This document shows, piece after piece, positions 59,023 to 64,000 of a DNA stretch of 64,000 nt. The DNA comes from Octopus bimaculoides (taxonomy: Eukaryota), in assembly GCF_001194135.2 (NCBI RefSeq), contig NC_068987.1, positions 72,559,501 to 72,623,500 on the forward strand, in the 5' to 3' direction. Both the position numbers and the translations under genes were made by a program. The stretch's first letter is position 1, and every line of letters starts with the position of its first letter. Below the pieces are notes generated by a model. It was not told where the DNA came from, searched no databases, and saw only the letters and a program-made list of their open reading frames with translations.

Positions 59023-61581
59023 GTATGTATGATCAGCTTTTCTTGTTTCTTGTTACTGAAGCAGGAGCTTCTGAAAGATGATATATATTGTGACTTGCAT
59101 GTGTCTCAGCAAACTGGGTCAAAAGAGTATCAGCCTATGGATTGACACCTTGGCAGATCTAATCTGATCACCAGCATGTGTTGTGTCATATGGTCAGATA
59201 TTTAGATATTGGTTTCAAATTTTGTCACAAGGCCAGCAGTTTCGAGGGAGTGGGTAGGTCAGTTACATCAATCCCTGCGTTTAACTGGTATTTATATTAA
59301 CTCTGAAAAGATGAAAGGCGAAGTCGACCCTGGTAGTATTTGAACTCAGAATGTAAAGTTGGAAGAAATGCTGGTAAGCACTTTTTCTGGCACGGTAATG
59401 ATTTTGCCAGCTTGCTGCCTCATGATATTTGGATATTAACAACCCATACCAACTTAGCTGCAAATAGGTACTGTATCATGTAGTACTATAGGTAGGATAT
59501 AACTGATGAGTGTTTTATATGTTGAGTTCATCCTTCCAGGAGGCACCAGGAAATCGCTCCAATATATCCCCACCCTCTATGAAGAGACCTTTAAATAGAC
59601 AAGATTTTATGTATTCAGTCTTAACAAAAACTGTCTATGAGTTTACTGTAATGGACCACCAACCTTATTGGTTATGATTCAAACCTTACTGCTGCAGTTA
59701 TTTTGCTTTGATCCTGACCAAGGTACATAAGTCTACTTGTTCTAGTTATGCTGTGGAGAGAAGAGAAATGTGACATTTCAAAGTTATGTCATCTGAATGA
59801 AAGAGATTTTTTTTTGTTTCCAGCTAACTAAAAAAAGAGTTCTCAAGGAGATCCTTGAGTCAAGAAGATGCTATTTAAAAATGTTTGTAATGTATTGATC
59901 TGAAATTTCTTGTTTTGCTTCGTCTGGCTGACATAAAACAGGTATCTCTATTTCCTACTTCATTGTTTAGTGGTTAGCAATAGAAAGGACATGCAAATAT
60001 ATAAAGACTTCTCTAACTAAAATCGTTTTTCCTTTGCAAGCATGGAAATACAGATGTAAATCATTAAAAAGACAATATTGCTATGAGACAAGGGATATAT
60101 CAGTGGTTTAGCAGATATCAAACTATTTCCATTTGATGTGTTGTTCCTACTCTCTTTTTATTTCTGTCTCTGGTTTCCTACCAGTGAGTAATGTATGAGA
60201 GTGTTTTTAAATGATGTAGCCAATCTCAAAACGCTGAGCCTCCTGAAGGAGATGACAGGACTGAGGTATGTAATACATTGCTTCCCCTACAGCAGAATTG
60301 ATACCCTAAAACTAAGGTGCCATGCAAAACATTGGTGTGTGTGCTGGTACTGCATAAAAAGTGCCTAGTAAACTCTGTAAAGTGGTTGGTATTAGGAAGG
60401 GCATCTAGCTGTAGTAACCAAGCCAAAACAGACTATAGAACCTGGTGCCGCCACTAGTCTTGCCAGTTCCTGTCAGGCCATCCAACCCATGCCAGCGTCG
60501 AAAACTGGCATTAAATGATGATAGCATTACTCCAATGAAATAATAACTGAAGTAGTCTTCCAACAGGAACGTTGGTAACTACTTGACTATTGCATCTTGT
60601 CATCAGTAAGTTCATATCTGACCAATTCAGTTCAGTTCTGCCTTAGCTGTTTTGGAAATATATTTATCAGTCACTGTATTTCTCACTCCCTAACTCCTAG
60701 CTTTCATGCAAAGTCTCTACTCCCTACTCATACACCATGGCAATACCCTACCAATTAAATGTTGACTCCATGTCTTAAGGGTATGCTCTTCCACCTTGCT
60801 ACCACTTACCTCTCCCCTGCTCTACTCTACCATCCCATTTATATTCTGATCCCTGTTCTTTGTGAACATGCCTTGGCACTTTGCCACTATCTCTATCTTG
60901 CTCTCTTTCACTTTCTCTCTGGCTGGTTGACTGTGTATCTCCTCTACAGCAACACACCTGTTCTTGGCCTCAGTCTTGATTGCTCTTTCTCTTCTGACTG
61001 GGTAACCATGTAAGCCCTCAACAGCAGGACACCTGTTTCTGTCTTTCTGTGACACTCTAACCTTTTATCATGTGCACAAGATCATCTCCTCCAATGCCCC
61101 ATCTCCTCTCAAAGGATCTTTGCCTTGCAAGTTGCTTGGTGACCCTGCCAGTGCTGGTACCACATAAAAAGCATTCCGTCCACACTGTAAAGTAGTTGGC
61201 ACTTGGAAGGGCATCCAGCTGTAAAAAAAAACCATGCCAAAAGTGACCTTGCCTGTGCTGGTGCCATGCAAAAAGCACTCAGTCCACTCTGCAGAGTGGT
61301 TGGTGTTAGGAAGGGCATCCAGCCATAAAAAACCATGCCAATACAGATAATGAAGCATGGTGCAATCTTCTACTCTGCCAGTTCCTGTCAAACTGTCCAA
61401 CTTATGCCAGCATGGAAAGTGGACATTAAATGATGATGTTGATTCTCAGATAATGGAACTTTAGTCTAGAAGCCAATAGTGGTGCCTCTGTGTGGTTACA
61501 CGACTTGCTAGAAACAGCAGCCAAAACACTCTTCTATCTTAGAAAAGGACACTTTGAATGATGTGATTTTAGATAAATAGG

Positions 61582-61915
61582 CACAGGAGTGGCTGTGGTA
61601 AGACGTTTGCTTCCCAACTACATAGTTCTGGGTTCAGTCCTGCTGCGTAGCACTTTGGGGAAGTGTCTTCTTCTATAGCCTCGGGCCAACCAAAGCCTTG
61701 TGAGTGGATTTGATAGACGGAAACTGTGTGTATTTGTACTTCCACCATCGCTTGACAACCGATGTTGATGTGTTTACGTTCCCATAACCTAGCGGTTCGG
61801 CAAAAGAGTCCGATAGAATAAGTACTAGGCTTACAAAGAGTAAGTCCTCGGGTCGATTTGTTTGACTAAAGGCGGTGCTCCAGCATGGCCGCAGTCAAAA
61901 TGACAAACAAGTAAG
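61582..61915 (+). mobile_element. SINE family B, young copy
   Basis: Closely similar to the reverse complement of 10045-10455. Confidence 0.85.
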
Positions 61916-62995
61916 TGAATAAAATTCAAATGGAATAGGTACAGTTGGTCATAGACTGTTCCATTGAAGAAAGGATTGAAGGGGCAAAATAAATTGAGAA
62001 TCATTTTGCACTTAACCTGTCGTAATACATTAAATGATTTAGTATTCTTTTTATTGCTGGATTGTTTCTATAGTTAGCCACTCTGAGTAGATAAGGTATT
62101 TAGCCCCAAGTATTTAGCTAAGTAANNNNNNNNNNNNNNNNNNNNNNNNNNNNNNNNNNNNNNNNNNNNNNNNNNNNNNNNNNNNNNNNNNNNNNNNNNN
62201 NNNNNNNNNNNNNNNNNNNNNNNNNNNNNNNNNNNNNNNNNNNNNNNNNNNNNNNNNNNNNNNNNNNNNNNNNNNNNNNNNNNNNNNNNNNNNNNNNNNN
62301 NNNNNNNNNNNNNNNNNNNNNNNNNNNNNNNNNNNNNNNNNNNNNNNNNNNNNNNNNNNNNNNNNNNNNNNNNNNNNNNNNNNNNNNNNNNNNNNNNNNN
62401 NNNNNNNNNNNNNNNNNNNNNNNNNNNNNNNNNNNNNNNNNNNNNNNNNNNNNNNNNNNNNNNNNNNNNNNNNNNNNNNNNNNNNNNNNNNNNNNNNNNN
62501 NNNNNNNNNNNNNNNNNNNNNNNNNNNNNNNNNNNNNNNNNNNNNNNNNNNNNNNNNNNNNNNNNNNNNNNNNNNNNNNNNNNNNNNNNNNNNNNNNNNN
62601 NNNNNNNNNNNNNNNNNNNNNNNNNNNNNNNNNNNNNNNNNNNNNNNNNNNNNNNNNNNNNNNNNNNNNNNNNNNNNNNNNNNNNNNNNNNNNNNNNNNN
62701 NNNNNNNNNNNNNNNNNNNNNNNNNNNNNNNNNNNNNNNNNNNNNNNNNNNNNNNNNNNNNNNNNNNNNNNNNNNNNNNNNNNNNNNNNNNNNNNNNNNN
62801 NNNNNNNNNNNNNNNNNNNNNNNNNNNNNNNNNNNNNNNNNNNNNNNNNNNNNNNNNNNNNNNNNNNNNNNNNNNNNNNNNNNNNNNNNNNNNNNNNNNN
62901 NNNNNNNNNNNNNNNNNNNNNNNNNNNNNNNNNNNNNNNNNNNNNNNATATACACACAAAAAAAAAAATGTGTCATTCGTGGCAAAGCTGTAGGG

Positions 62996-63700
62996 TAGGG
63001 TTGCCAATTTAGCATATTTTATGCTATATCTAGCATTTTTTTTTCAGCATTTAGCTGGAAATTTTTGAATCAAGCATTTAGCAGGGAAAATAGCAGGTTT
63101 AAAATTTTATTTAGTATTTTTGGTGGACATTGGAATTAGACACTGAGGGAAAATGGCTGTAACTTTTTTATTTTTTAATTTTGACGATTTTCGTTTTCGA
63201 TAATGTGTTCTATATGTCACGGTCATATTTTTTTTTAGCATTATTCTCTGATCATAGCATTTCCACAATGGTTTCCCTCTTCTTTTTCCTCCTTTTCCAC
63301 TTTCGTTAATGTATCTTATAGTCAAATTTTAGTACTATCGGCTATTGTTGAATTTTTCTTTAACTTGAAACTTCAAATGAAAGTTTATCAAAAGTAAGTT
63401 TATCAAGTTATGAACTTCTCCTTCCCACCGCTTTGGACACAGAGTGGTGTCGGTGGGGGGGGGGAAGAAGATAACTCATGTCAGCACCTGAACTCACTAC
63501 ACAATAATGTAAATATGTTGCAAAGAATGAAAGCATGGAAATTTGACTTAACAAAGCTTTTTGATATAATTAGTCTTTAGCATTTTGGTTAAACTAAAGG
63601 GTTTGACCCGGTGGGAAATAAAAAATTTTTGGTCATATTTAGCATTCTTTTTTTGTACTGAAATTTAGCATAAAATTCTGATTTTAAGTTGGCACCACTG
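62996..63700. mobile_element. Non-autonomous hAT-type element with a perfect 8-bp TSD
   Basis: CTGTAGGG at 62988-62995 and 63701-63708; imperfect TIRs TAGGGTTGCCAA / TTGGCACCACTG. Confidence 0.8.
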
Positions 63701-64000
63701 CTGTAGGGTTATTGAAGATTGGGCTAACCATTATGCTGNNNNNNNNNNNNNNNNNNNNNNNNNNNNNNNNNNNNNNATCAAGTTATGAACTTCTCCTTCC
63801 CACCGCTTTGGACACAGAGTGGTGTCGGTGGGGGGGGGGAAGAAGATAACTCATGTCAGCACCTGAACTCACTACACAATAATGTAAATATGTTGCAAAG
63901 AATGAAAGCATGGAAATTTGACTTAACAAAGCTTTTTGATATAATTAGTCTTTAGCATTTTGGTTAAACTAAAGGGTTTGACCCGGTGGGAAATAAAAAA

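Noticed and set aside
59821-59900. Candidate next RAD17 exon after a polypyrimidine-CAG
   Set aside because: The translation (LTKKRVLKEILES...) lacks the expected xLAVHKKK motif and soon reaches a stop.

Overview
AT-rich eukaryotic (animal) genomic DNA, very dense in SINEs and microsatellites, with nine N-gaps. The SINE families and (GAT)n/(TA)n/(CA)n load resemble an octopus/coleoid genome; this is inferred, not proven. Two genes diverge head-to-head. On the minus strand is the first coding exon (37996->35983, 671 codons) of an ATG4C/D-type autophagy cysteine protease, recognised by EKVKSKLMSMWNNVKYG just before a GTAAGT donor and preceded by ~650 aa of low-complexity sequence. I found no catalytic-domain exon in the ~36 kb downstream. 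On the plus strand are the first exons of RAD17 (56329-56437, 58798-59022), with a CpG/ETS promoter near 51.5 kb that may be bidirectional. The rest is repeats: at least five SINE families, relics of RTE, R4/Dong-like and CRE-like LINEs, a decayed mariner, a palindromic mariner derivative, hAT and Tc1 MITEs, and minisatellites. The most unusual items are a U6 snRNA pseudogene fused directly to a full-length SINE with a possible shared target-site duplication, a strong-Kozak uORF whose stop overlaps the ATG4D start, and candidate orphan exons at 28.6-29.3 kb. All analysis was by eye; no alignments or database searches were run.
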